Of a stretch of 64,000 nt of DNA, positions 10,556 through 22,400 are shown piece by piece; the first letter of the stretch is position 1; every line of letters begins with the position of its first letter. Position numbers and translations under genes: made by a program. Source of the DNA: Macrostomum lignano (Eukaryota); NCBI GenBank assembly GCA_002269645.1, contig NIVC01002806.1, positions 1 through 64,000 of the forward strand. The letters run 5' to 3'. Under the pieces are notes generated by a model, which had not been told where the DNA came from, ran no database searches, and was given only the letters and a program-made list of their open reading frames with translations.

Positions 10556-11194
10556 ATGGCTGAAAGAATTACAGTTAGAACCGCTCGACTTAACGCATTT
10601 GTGAACGATTTGATTAATTTAACACCTTTAGAGCAGAGAGATGGACTCCAACAATTGTTTGAAAATTTCAAAGAAGAGGAAATACAGCACGATTTGGCTC
10701 GCATGGAAGGACAAACCCAACGCGATATTTCCACCTACGAAGCACGAGTAGCTGCTGTTTTCCAGCGCCTTCGTGCTTCGTATGGAGTCGAAGTTCAAGC
10801 GCCAACAAGGGAGCTATCAGTTATCGAGGAAAGTATGCACGCGTTGAACTTTCGTCATCTACCCACTGTTCTACCCACTGTACAGAACATGCTGGTGGAA
10901 TTATTTCAGCATGAGAATTTTTATGATAAGCGCACATTAATTGTGTCATTTTACATCGGCTCCATCATTCACCGGCTCAAACGTACACTAAAGTCGGTTC
11001 GGAATATAATTCGACGGCTTAATCTACAAGTATCGAGGCAGACTTTGGACAAGAAGTTGAGAGTGTACGACTTATTGACAGAATTTCCGGCCTTACAACG
11101 CTGCGCCGTACCAGTTAGCTTCGTTCTGGAAAATATGAAGCTCATTCGGGACGAGGTTCGCTACCAGGCGGATGCGGCGATGTGGAGACAGTGA
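10556..11194 (+). CDS. Unknown 212-aa helical protein, distant homolog of 1976..2608, possible DNA-binding protein
   Basis: Clean ATG-to-stop ORF with protein-like composition. Shares the C-terminal pattern G..I/L ... R.Y.L...[YF]P.L.....P.......MK...W with the copy A ORF. Confidence 0.7.
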   Translation: MAERITVRTARLNAFVNDLINLTPLEQRDGLQQLFENFKEEEIQHDLARMEGQTQRDISTYEARVAAVFQRLRASYGVEVQAPTRELSVIEESMHALNFRHLPTVLPTVQNMLVELFQHENFYDKRTLIVSFYIGSIIHRLKRTLKSVRNIIRRLNLQVSRQTLDKKLRVYDLLTEFPALQRCAVPVSFVLENMKLIRDEVRYQADAAMWRQ

Positions 11195-11213
11195 CGGTTA
11201 CGGGTTATGACTT

Positions 11214-11606
11214 AGCCAATTTTAAATTGAGACGATCGCAATATCAGTCTTGAGTTATTTTTAGTAACAAGTCATTTCCACTCTCTCTTTAGTATAATCT
11301 TATCAACCAATGAGAACGCTTAGAATGGCTACCAGTGGGGCCAGCCAATTTTAAATACGACCGTATTAGCAGTCTTGAGTTATTTTTAGTAACAAGTCAT
11401 TTCCACTCTCTCTTTAGTATAATCTTATCAACCAATGAGAACGCTTAGAATGGCTACCAGTGGGGCCAGCCAATTTTAAATTGACACGATCGCAATATCT
11501 ATCTTGAGTTATTTTTAGTAACAAGTCATTTCCACTCTCTCTTTAGTATAATCTTATCAACCAATGAGAACGCTTAGAATGGCTACCAGTGGGGCCATTT
11601 TTAAAT
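11214..11606. repeat. Three tandem ~125-129-bp direct repeats immediately downstream of ORF 10556..11194
   Basis: AGCCAATTTTAAA at 11214, 11343 and 11468. The core TCTTGAGTTATTTTTAGTAACAAG...CCAGTGGGGCC is near-identical in all three; unrelated to the copy A array. Confidence 0.92.
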
Positions 11607-11986
11607 GTTAGTACTTTCACACGCCTAACGCAATTGCCTAATTATTTCTGCAAAGTTATAGTAGCTGTGACGATGTCGTTAGCATCTTAAATTTTTAGTT
11701 TCTATCTGAGTTTTTATTACTTCAAATTATTGTAGTTGATTAATTTGCAGGTTTCCCAGCTATTAATTCAATGTAATTTATTTAGAAAAAAATGTACTTG
11801 AAGTTTTATTTATTTCAGTCCAAGTTGTTATTACTTTTTTGATAGACATCTTGACAATTTAAATTGTTACCTCGCGCTCGTTTTTTGTACTCTCCTCAAC
11901 TCGGCATTTTGTCTCGTACCATGCGTGTCAACACTACTAATAACTGAACTAGCTAACCAATAAATAAATAACTAATAAATAAACAA

Positions 11987-12241
11987 CTAATAATTAATTA
12001 ATCGCTGACTACATCTCGAACTCGCTACGTCACAGTAGCTGTCGTAATCTTTTACGTAGGTTACTCCATACTTATGAAACCAGTGTCTTTGGAGAGCTAG
12101 ATTAATATTAGGGACATTGATATCAACGTCGGGCCAATATTTTCTCATGTACTCGCTGCATTCTAGTTTGCATCGGTACTTACTCTTGTAATTAGGCTCG
12201 TGCGCTTTGTAATAAGAACCTGGAGAGACAACTGGAAACAT
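11987..12241 (-). CDS. Hypothetical 84-aa Tyr/Cys-rich protein next to the terminal region of copy B
   Basis: ATG-initiated ORF starting at the edge of the terminal homology block; no recognisable motif; absent from copy A. Confidence 0.35.
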   Translation of the reverse strand: MFPVVSPGSYYKAHEPNYKSKYRCKLECSEYMRKYWPDVDINVPNINLALQRHWFHKYGVTYVKDYDSYCDVASSRCSQRLINY

Positions 12242-12261
12242 TTTTAGAGAAAATTTAATTT

Positions 12262-12773
12262 TTTTTTCAAAGGGTAAGGACCCTGGGTTAGGGGGTTTAA
12301 AGTTTTAGGGATCTGGTTTCATGTTGCGAATTGAATGTGGGGAGAAGAATGCATATTTTTTTCTGATTGTTTCGAAGATGCTATGGATGGATGTCGGTGT
12401 CAGTGAGCATAACAGGTATCAGTGGACACCTGCTCTGATTCTGTCAGGGATAATATGGATGGATTTAGGTGGATTATGTTCGAAGTTTTCGGAGCAAGTG
12501 CGGCCCCTCCCCTTTTTCATGATTCTTTCGGGGATAATATGGATGGATTTAATGGGATTATGGAGGACGTTTTGTGAGCGGGTGCGACCCCCCTTTTTTT
12601 CTTATTCTGTCAGGGATAATATGGAAGGATTTAGGTGGATTATGGAGGACGTTTTGTTAGCGAGTGCGACCCCCCTTTTTTTCTGATTCTGTCAGGGATA
12701 ATATGGATGGATTTAGGTGGATTATGGAGGAGGTGAAAAATTTTGTCCCAGAAGCCCCCTCATGCCTTCTACT
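12262..12773. repeat. Terminal region of Polinton-like copy B, with four ~82-bp subterminal repeats
   Basis: Units at ~12437, 12521, 12603 and 12685. Direct repeat of ~3207-3725. Ends CTTCTACT. Confidence 0.8.
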
Positions 12774-13074
12774 CAACAAAATTCTACAAAAACGTGTTTT
12801 GGCCTTTCATTTTTGTTCTTAAATCTAATAATGAAAAATAATATTTTTCACTCCTCCCATTGCTTTCCTAATTATTGCGCAACTTTTGTTCCTTCGGCCT
12901 TTCTTTTGCTCCGCTTGTTTGCGTGTGACCGACAATAAAGTCGAAATAAAATTTCTATCAAAATAATTTTGATTCCATTCGCTACTGAACGATTTCGGCT
13001 GGCACTGCGAGAGTGCCTTTAATTGCTGGCTCTGCTCTCTGCTGTCAGCTCGCTGGGGAGTGCAGCGGGAATCA

Positions 13075-13470
13075 GGATGAGGATGGGGATTGGGGTGAGG
13101 ATTGGGGATGGGGTTGAGGGTTAAGGATGGGGAAGTAGAGTGGGGATGGGAAGTAGATTAGGGATGGGAAGTAGATTGGGTAGGGAAAGGAGATTGGAGA
13201 TGGGGACGAGGGTTGGGGATGGGGAAGGATCGGGATGGGGAAATAGATTGGGGATGGGGAAATAGATTGGGGATGGGGAAAGGATCGTGATGGGGAAATA
13301 GATGAAATAGATTGAGGATGGGGAAAGGATCGTGATGGGGAAATAGATTGGGGATGGGGAAAGGATCGTGATGGGGAAATAGATTGGGGATGGGGAAAGG
13401 ATCGTGATTTGGGAAATCGATTGGGGATGGGAAAGGGATCGGATGGGATAAGAATTTGGATGTGAAATGG
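13075..13470. repeat. Low-complexity GGGGAT/GATTGGGGATGGGGAAATA repeat
   Basis: Degenerate purine-rich tandem repeat; similar GGGGAT runs at ~16240-16370. Confidence 0.85.
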
Positions 13471-14164
13471 AGATGGGATATTAAATAGGAAATAATCGTG
13501 AAGGTGAATACAAAATGAGTCCGATATCAACCCACACTTCGCGGGTTCCGGATAGTAATCTAGATAGCAGAGTAGTCTAGCAAATGGAATGCACTAAAGC
13601 CGATAGCCGAGCACTAAAAGTTCAACAATGCAGCTCTTCATAGCCGAGCAATCAGACGCGGGTCTGCAGTATTGAAGAGGACGGCGGGGTCACTCATGTC
13701 AGTCACAGTTTCTTGGAATGGGATTCAGAGTGACAGGGGCGAGGCTGTGAGTGAAGCCAGCGAGTTAGGGAGGCGGCCGGACTCGGGTATCGACTGCTCT
13801 CAGCCTAGCCGGATTAATCATAGGCTCAGTCGCGTGATGAAATTAATTTTGCTCTCACACTCCGCCGGCACGCCCCTGCCGCCTCGAGACGGGAAGAATC
13901 CCGCACTGGACTGGAAGGGCCCCAGACTCCCCAGGACCTGTCTCCGCGGAGATGAAAGTCTGCTTCCTTTGGAGCCTTGAGTCCGGGGATTTCGGATGGG
14001 AAATCTGGGATGGGGATTTTACGAGGCTTGTTACTGCCGCATTGTTCCCTCGGGAAAGGGGGGCCAGCTTTATTGACCATGAAAGCAAGTCAGAGCCCTG
14101 AACTTGTTCAGTGCCGACTACTCAGACTCCATCTGCATCCCGAATCCTTAGACTGAATTCAGAT

Positions 14165-15834
14165 AGAGATTAGAGCGGGAAAGATTGAGACTGGTTGAGA
14201 TTAGAATGGGGACAATGAAGACTGGGTGAGATTAGAGTGGGACAATTGAGACTGGATGAGATTAGAGTGGGGACAATTGATACTGGGTGAGATTAGATTG
14301 GGGACAATTGATACTGGGTGAGATTAGATTGGGGACAATTGAGACTGGGTGAGATTAGAGTGGAAACAATTGAGACTGGGTGAGATTAGATTGGGGACAA
14401 TTGATACTGGGTGAGATTAGAGTGGGACAATCGAGACTGGATGAGATTAGAGTGAAAACAATTGAGACTGGGTGAGATTAGAGAGTGGAACAATTGAGAC
14501 TGGGTAAGATTAGAGTGGGGACAATTGAGACTGGGTGAGATTAGAGTGGGGACAATTGAGACTGGGTGAGATTAGAGTGGGGACAATTGAGACTGGGTGA
14601 GATTCGAGTGGGAACAATTGAGACTGGGTGAGATTCGAGTGTGGAAAATTGAGACTGGGTGAGATTAGAGTGGGGACAATTGATACTGGGTGAGATTAGA
14701 GTGGGAAAAATTGAGACTGGGTGAGATTAGAGTGGGGACAATTGATACTGAGTGAGATTAGAGTGGGGACAATTGAGACTGGGTAAGATTAGAGAGTGGA
14801 ACAATTGAGACTGGGTGAGATTACAGTGGGGACAATTGATACTGGGTGAGATTAGATTGGGGACAATTGATACTGGGTGAGATTAGAGTGGGACAATCGA
14901 GACTGGATGAGATTAGAGTGGAAACAATTGAGACTGGGTGAGATTAGAGAGTGGAACAATTGAGACTGGGTAAGATTAGAGTGGGGACAATTGAGACTGG
15001 GTGAGATTAGAGTGGGGACAATTGAGACTGGGTGAGATTAGAGTGGGGACAATTGAGACTGGGTGAGATTCGAGTGGGAACAATTGAGACTGGGTGAGAT
15101 TCGAGTGTGGAAAATTGAGACTGGGTGAGATTAGAGTGGGGACAATTGATACTGGGTGAGATTAGAGTGGGAAAAATTGAGACTGGGTGAGATTAGAGTG
15201 GGGACAATTGATACTGAGTGAGATTAGAGTGGGGACAATTGAGACTGGGTAAGATTAGAGAGTGGAACAATTGAGACTGGGTGAGATTACAGTGGGGACA
15301 ATTGATACTGGGTGAGATTAGAGTGGGAACAATTGAGACTGGGTGAGATTCGAGTGGGAACAATTGAGACTGGGTGAGATTCGAGTGTGGAAAATTGAGA
15401 CTGGGTGAGATTAGAGTGGGGACAATTGATACTGGGTGAGATTAGAGTGGGGACAATTGAGACTGGGTGAGATTAGAGTGGGGACAATTGATACTGAGTG
15501 AGATTAGAGTGGGGACAATTGAGACTGGGTAAGATTAGAGTGGGAACAATTGAGACGGGGTGAGATTAGAGTGGGAACAATTGAGACTGGGTGAGATTAG
15601 ACTGTGGAAAATTGAGACTGGGTGAGATTCGAGTGTGGAAAATTGAGACTGGGTGAGATTAGAGTGGGGACAATTGATACTGGGTGAGATTAGAGTGTGG
15701 AAAATTGAGACTGGGTGAGATTCGAGTTGGAAAATTGAGACTGGGTGAGATTAGAGTGGGGAAAATTGAGACTGGGTGAGATTAGAGTGGGAACAATTGA
15801 GACTGGGTGAGATTAGAGTGTGGAAAATTGAGAC
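14165..15834. repeat. 31-bp minisatellite (GATTAGAGTGGGGACAATTGAGACTGGGTGA), ~54 copies, with higher-order duplication
   Basis: Directly visible. A rare variant (TCGAGACTGGATGAG) recurs at 14431 and 14897 (466 bp, about 15 units). Confidence 0.97.
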
Positions 15835-17426
15835 AAAGTTCGAGAAAAAATGATGGCTGAGGCGTAGGAGAATTCTTATTGGGGCTGATGAAGAGACTCG
15901 AGCGACTGACCGAATCAAGCAGTAAAAAGACTCGAATGCTAAAATCGAATCATAGAGTCTGGTGATTTGCAATTTCGGTTTTCGCGGCGAGTCAGGCAAG
16001 AATTCATTCTTCACTCAAGCATCAAGCGTAGATTCGGTTCTGACGTTCAGCCCACCCGATTAGCCCGCCATCTACTCGGCACCCTGCGAAATAATCGGAT
16101 TTGGGGCGAGTCCGAGCTGATCTCTGCTCTCGGATTAAATGACATTCGCCATCATTGTGCACCCCACTTGAGGATTTGACCTCCCGTCAAAGGGATAATT
16201 GACTCGATTTGGAGTTCAGATTGAAAAATCAGATTTAGATGGGGATGGGATGGAGGTGTGGATGGGGAATGGGGGTTGGGGATGGGGATGGGGTGGAGAG
16301 ATCGGGATGGCGGTTGGGATGTGGATCAGAATGGGATCCGGATGGGATGCAGTTCGGGATGGCCCCGGTGTTACACTTTAGACTATCCGGGGTTTTTTCG
16401 TCTGGCCCGGATATCCGAACGCACTTACAATATCCGCCCGGATACTGCCAAGCAAAAAACCTGCTTTGTTTTCTCCTTCCCGGATATCTTGAGCTGCTTT
16501 GAGATTTCTCTCCCGGACATCCTACGGCACTGACTCTGCTATCCGGTCCGGAGATCACAAGAAGGGGAAGTTGTCTCAGGACATCCGACTGTAGGTTGAA
16601 AGAGAGGTGTCAGCCTGCGGAGACCCCGGTGAACAGAAAGCCTAACACCGGCCATGAATTTCAGGATTGTTCCAGCAGAATTTTTATCTAACACGGCAAA
16701 GTGTTCAAATCAGCGCCCTCAGTCATTCTAAAGTCTCATCCCACAATTCGCCCAAAAGGCCTCCCATTGGTGCTCCGCCTCGGGTCTCTGGGCTTGGGGC
16801 GGATACGGCGGCCGGGCCAAATGGCCGAGCCGAGCCGATGAAGCACAAAGAAGCTGCTGGACAGAGATTTAGCGGTTGGAAAACGCCAGATCGCCGATTC
16901 AGGCAAGCGTCACAAAAATTGGTGGGTCAACAGCCTCGGGTTCTGCAATCTGAGCACTGGAATTGCATAGGTAAGAGCTGTCTATAGTGCGCCTTATAGC
17001 TAGAATGAGATTGCCCCGCATGCATTCTCAGAAGTCCCAACTCAGAGGTCCAGGCTAATGCGTAGAAGAGAACTGGAAGACAGGGAGCGGGGAGCATGGA
17101 AACAGACTGAAGGGTCCTCAAGGCAGAGGCGAGAGGGCAGAAGACTCTGCAGGAAGAGACGGCACGGAACAGGGGTTTGCTTTCTGGTCGTGCGTGAGAC
17201 ACGACTAGTAGTCCGGCAGCCTCTTCACCTCTCTCCGTCTCCCACGCTCCATCCCTCCGCTCTTCATCTTCTTTCCGAATAGTCGGGTTTCAGCCAAAGC
17301 GGGGTCATCGATCAGCAACTGGGAGTGGGTGAGCTCTCTTTCGTCAGCTCAGATGTTCCCTCCCAAGTCAGGCGTTCCCTATCTAGGGGAGTCTGTGAGT
17401 CTGGGCTGCCGCATCATTTTATTAGA

Positions 17427-18217
17427 CAATGTTACTGTGACACTGGTGAGTTGTGCAGCAATGCCACTGTGACACTGGTGAGTTGTGCAGCAATGTCACT
17501 GTGACACTGGTGAGTTGTGCAGCAATGCCACTGTGACACTGGTGAGTTGTGCAGCAATGTCACTGTGACACTGGTGAGTTGTGCAGCAATGTCACTGTGA
17601 CACTGGTGAGTTGTGCAGCAATGTCACTGTGACACTGGTGAGTTGTGCAGCAATGTCACTGTGACACTGGTGAGTTGTGCAGCAATGTCACTGTGACACT
17701 GGTGAGTTGTGCAGCAATGTCACTGTGACACTGGTGAGTTGTGCAGCAATGTCACTGTGACACTGGTGAGTTGTGCAGCAATGTCACTGTGACACTGGTG
17801 AGTTGTGCAGCAATGTCACTGTGACACTGGTGAGTTGTGCAGCAATGTCACTGTGACACTGGTGAGTTGTGCAGCAATGTCACTGTGACACTGGTGAGTT
17901 GTGCAGCAATGTCACTGTGACACTGGTGAGTTGTGCAGCAATGTCACTGTGACACTGGTGAGTTGTGCAGCAATGTCACTGTGACACTGGTGAGTTGTGC
18001 AGCAATGTCACTGTGACACTGGTGAGTTGTGCAGCAATGTCACTGTGACACTGGTGAGTTGTGCAGCAATGTCACTGTGACACTGGTGAGTTGTGCAGCA
18101 ATGTCACTGTGACACTGGTGAGTTGTGCAGCAATGCCACTGTGACACTGGTGAGTTGTGCAGCAATGTCACTGTGACACTGGTGAGTTGTGCAGCAATGT
18201 CACTGTGACACTGGTGA
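17427..18217. repeat. 32-bp minisatellite (CACTGTGACACTGGTGAGTTGTGCAGCAATGT), ~24.7 near-identical copies
   Basis: Directly visible; each unit contains the interrupted palindrome TGTCAC-T-GTGACA; no spacers. Confidence 0.97.
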
Positions 18218-19416
18218 CCCACTGGATGTTGGATTAGCGCAACTCACCCCAGCAGGGGCTGTCCTGTACGCCAAGACAGATTGATGCCCTAAGCGGAGTG
18301 CCGCAGCGCAGAATGCAAACACAGTCGAAATGGATGCCAGGCGATGAAGCATGTGACATTTTGTCCTGCCGGGCAGCCTGCCTCATCCAGTTTCTTTAGC
18401 GGCAGGCAGTCAGGTTACGCGCCGGCTGTGGCGGCTCTGCAGGAACCTTCTTGTCTATCGCTCTGTAACCGCGGCGGGTGATAGAGATCCCCGCTGCAAC
18501 ACTGTGCCCCTCTGCCTACCAAAAAATCCCCAGGAAATTTTCCCCATTCCAGCCCGACTGGATTTTCTACCGCGACTCGCCCCGCCCTGACTGACTGATT
18601 GCGATGCAGAAAGTTCCTCGGCCCCCGCCCCTCCCCCCGGCTGCTGCGGCGGTCCCAGAGAAGCTGAAGGAAATCCAAGGCGCGTTCAAGTGCCGGCCGG
18701 CCACTCGGGGGCGCAGAGAGAACAAAATCCCGGGGATAATTCTGTTCTGCCGCCCCCCCCCCTCCCAGCTTCTCCTCCCCTCCCCGCGCCGCCGGCCTCA
18801 GTAATTACCGAGCCGGAGTGAAGGGGCCGCCGGCAGTTAAGGGAGAAATCTCCCTCTAGCCAGCCAGAGGAAGGGGGAGCAATTTCTCCCAGACCAGACC
18901 AGTCGCTCTCTGCCCCCGCCTCGTCCACTTGGCCGGTGACCCCCGTTCCCCCGTCACCTGATATCGGCGATATATGACTCGCCAGCTTCAAGTCAATGAA
19001 GCGCGTCCCTCAATTACTGGCCAATTACCCCCGGACGCCCGGGTCTGCGGCCCCCCGCTAAGCGCTACCTTGCTTGAGCTGCATCCAAGCCCAGCTTAGC
19101 CGCGTGTAAAAAGAATCCTCAGCATCCTTGCCTGCGCTCCCAGCCGCAAACTGGACTGGCTAAAAGTCAGCCGTCACAAAAAAGCCGGGCAGCTCAGGGC
19201 ATTGATTTCCCCTCCCCAGCGCTGCCGCTTCTTCAACTGGACAAAAATCTCCGGCTGACAGCTTGAAAGCCGCGGCTGCGACCTGCATGGCAGGCCATGA
19301 AAACGGAGTCGAATAGGAGCCAAGGCTGTTCGTTTCATCCAGTTGAAAACTTTTGACAGCCAAACATGACGAATGACCGCCGATCGAACAGCTTCGTTTG
19401 CACTTCCTCTGCGCAG

Positions 19417-22400
19417 ATGGCGGCGGACTGGTGGCTCTGCTGCCTCCTGCTGATTGCAGCGGCGGCGGCGGCGGCCGCGGCCGCGGAGCTGAGTGACTGC
19501 CAAACGGAGCGCCGGCACAGTCAACTGGGCGACAGCGACTGGCGGGACGGCGTCGACGCTGAACTGAGCGGCGCCGAGGACACGTTGGTGTGCGGCCGGC
19601 TGGGCCCCCCCACGGCGGAGCTGCCCGCGGCAGGCTTCGTCTCCCTTCGAGTGCGCGGCGGCCAGCTGCGGGATCTTGACGACCTGCTGGCCCGGCTGCC
19701 CGACTCTGCCCGGCTGCGGGAGCTCGTCGTTGCCGGCGGCAACATCCGCCGGCTGGTGGTCACGCCGCTGAATCGACGTCGACGGCCGGCCTGGAGTCGC
19801 CTGCGGCGCCTCGACCTCGTCGACAACCGCGTCGCCACTATCGAGCCGGACTATTTCTCCGCCTTCCCGGACCTCGCCGGCCTCCGGCTGAGCGGCAACC
19901 GACTGCGCACGCTGGACGCGGCAACGGCTTGGCCAGCCGGGCTGCTCGACCTCCGCCTGGACGGCTGCCAGCTGGCCTCGCTCGACGCCGACTTCTTTGC
20001 GAGCCTGCCGCCGCGGCTCCGACGGTTGGATCTAGCGAGAAACCGGCTCGACCGGCTGCCCGACCTTGACGACGCTGGCGGAAGTGAAACCGGAAGTGAA
20101 ATTGAAAGTCAAAGCGCTACCGGAAGCAGGCCCCCAGAGATGCTGTCGGAGCTGGACCTGTCGGACAACCTGTTCACCTCCGTGCCATCGGGGCTCGTGC
20201 GAAGCCTTCATCGCCGAATCGATCGGCTTCGCATGGACGACAGTCGGCGCCTGTTGCGCCTGGCGCCGGGCGACCTTCGGTTCGGCGCCGCCGACTCCGC
20301 CACCTCGGTACTGCGGGTGTCGCTGCAGCGCTCCGGCTTGCGAGTGGTCGACGCTGGCGTCACCAACTGGTCGACGCTGCTGGAGCTGGACCTCAGCGGC
20401 AGCCGCGACCTCGTTTTCCTGCATCCCGATGCTGTTGGCGGTGGCGCCAGCGGTGGCGGCTTTGAAAACAACACCTCAAATCGCCTTCTCCGACTGGAGG
20501 ACTGCGGCCTTCGCATCTTTGCGGCCGCCGAGTCGGCTGCCGGCTCCCGGCTGCTCAGCGTCGGCCTGGCCGGAAATCCCCTCTGGTGCGTCTGCGACAA
20601 CGCCTGGATCGGCCGGCAGTTGCGGGCACGAGAGTTCGGCCAGGCCATCCGGGTCCGGTTCCTGCGGCCCGATGAGCTTCGCTGCATCCGCTGCGGAGCC
20701 GGACAGGCGTGTCCGGCTGACGGGGCCACCGTCAGAATTCTCAACTGGACAGGTGAGCTGATGTGATCTTGAGCTTCCTGGATTTGATGTTGAATTCCCC
20801 TGAAGATTTGATGCTGAATACCCCTGTAGATTTGATGTTGAATTCCCCTGTAGATTTGATGTTGAATTCCCATACAGATTTGATGTTGAATTCCCCTGCA
20901 GATTTGATGTTGAATTCCCCTGCAGATTTGATGTTGAATTCCCCTGCAGATTTGATGTTGAATTCCCCTGCAGATTTGATGTTGAATTCCCCTGTAGATT
21001 TGATGTTGAATTCCCCTGCAGATTTGATGTTGAATTCCCCTGCAGATTTGATGTTGAATTCCCCTGTAGATTTGATGCTGAATTCCCCTGTAGATTTGAT
21101 GTTGAATTCCCCTGTAGATTTGATGTTGAATTCCCCTGTAGATTTGATGTTGAATTCCCCTGTAGATTTGATGTTGAATTCCCCTGTAGATTTGATGCTG
21201 AATTCCCCTGTAGATTTGATGTTGAATTCCCCTGTAGATTTGATGTTGAATTCCCCTGTAGATTTGATGTTGAAGTCCCCCACCCATTCGAGGTTGAATT
21301 CCCCAACCCATCTGAGGTTGAATTCCCCAACCCATCTGAGATTGAATTCCCCAACCCATCAACTTTAAACTTTGAAAACACCAGCTGGCTGCTGCAGGAA
21401 GATGACCTGCAAATCAGCAGAATCTCACTTGATGCTTGCTGCTCCAAGAAAATCACTGAAAGCTTTTTGCTTTCGGGAGAGGAGCGCCCCACCCCCTCTT
21501 CCCGATCGATGAGAGCCGCAGCTGACTGCAGCTCGGCGAGGCGCTGGAGTGCTTTGAGACCGGGACTCAAGGACTGGGATGCGGGTCCGGCTAGAGCAGA
21601 AATCCATTTAGGAGTTGCTCAGTGCATCTCCGCCCCCCCCCCAAGGTAAGCCAGGACCGATTCTTCTCGTTTCTCCACAGCAAAGGGTCTTCATTAGCAG
21701 CCACCCCTGCCCATTGAGTCGATGCTATGCAAGGGGGGGGGGGCTTCCCTCAGCCCGCCCTTCTGCATGTCAGTTTTGCCAAGAAAAAAAGAGAAACAGC
21801 AAAAACCCGTCGGGCTTCTGTCCGCCTCCGTTACTTAAGCGACGCTTATTCAAGATGTGGCTGCTTGAGTAAAAGTGCTCTCGCGTCATCGATGCGCCCG
21901 AGCATGAGTTGGCTGGACTTGAGTTGGCTCACCTGTTGCCACCGTGGGAACCGGCGTTGAGTCCTGCTGATGGATGCGTGGGAATTTATGAACTAATCAG
22001 CTGGTGCTATTCGAATGTATCCGATTGAGAACTGCTCGAGCTGCTCAGTCCCGATGTACCAATGCATCCATCGCTTCACGCGTCTCAGATCCAACTCTAT
22101 CCACAGACCCAACTCTATCCACACAGGCCCATCTCTATCCACAGACTCATCTCTATCCACAGACTCATCTCTATCCACATACCCATCTCTATCCACAGGC
22201 CCATCTCTATCCACAGACCCATCTCTATCCACAGGCCCATCTCTATCCACAGACCCATCTCTATCCACAGGCCCATCTCTATCCACAGGCCCATCTCTAT
22301 CCACAGGCCCATCTCTATCCACAGGCCCATCTCTATCCACAGGCCCATCTCTATCCACAGGCTCATCTCTATCCACAGGCCCATCTCTATCCACAGGCCC

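Larger units (their letters stand above)
3726..12773. mobile_element. Polinton/adintovirus-like element, copy B (visible part ~9.0 kb): pPolB, pX-like, integrase, PLA2, variable cassette, terminal region
   Basis: Gene content listed separately. Ends at the same CTTCTACT terminus (12773), followed by unrelated sequence. No left terminus recognised at 3726. Confidence 0.8.

Noticed and set aside
16607-17412. Possible solo LTR (TG...CA ends, purine-rich interior)
   Set aside because: No matching TSD and no second copy in the window; cannot be supported.
14165-18217. Regular 31-32-bp repeats resembling CRISPR repeats in length and dyad symmetry
   Set aside because: Units are contiguous with no unique spacers, there are no cas genes, and the context is eukaryotic.
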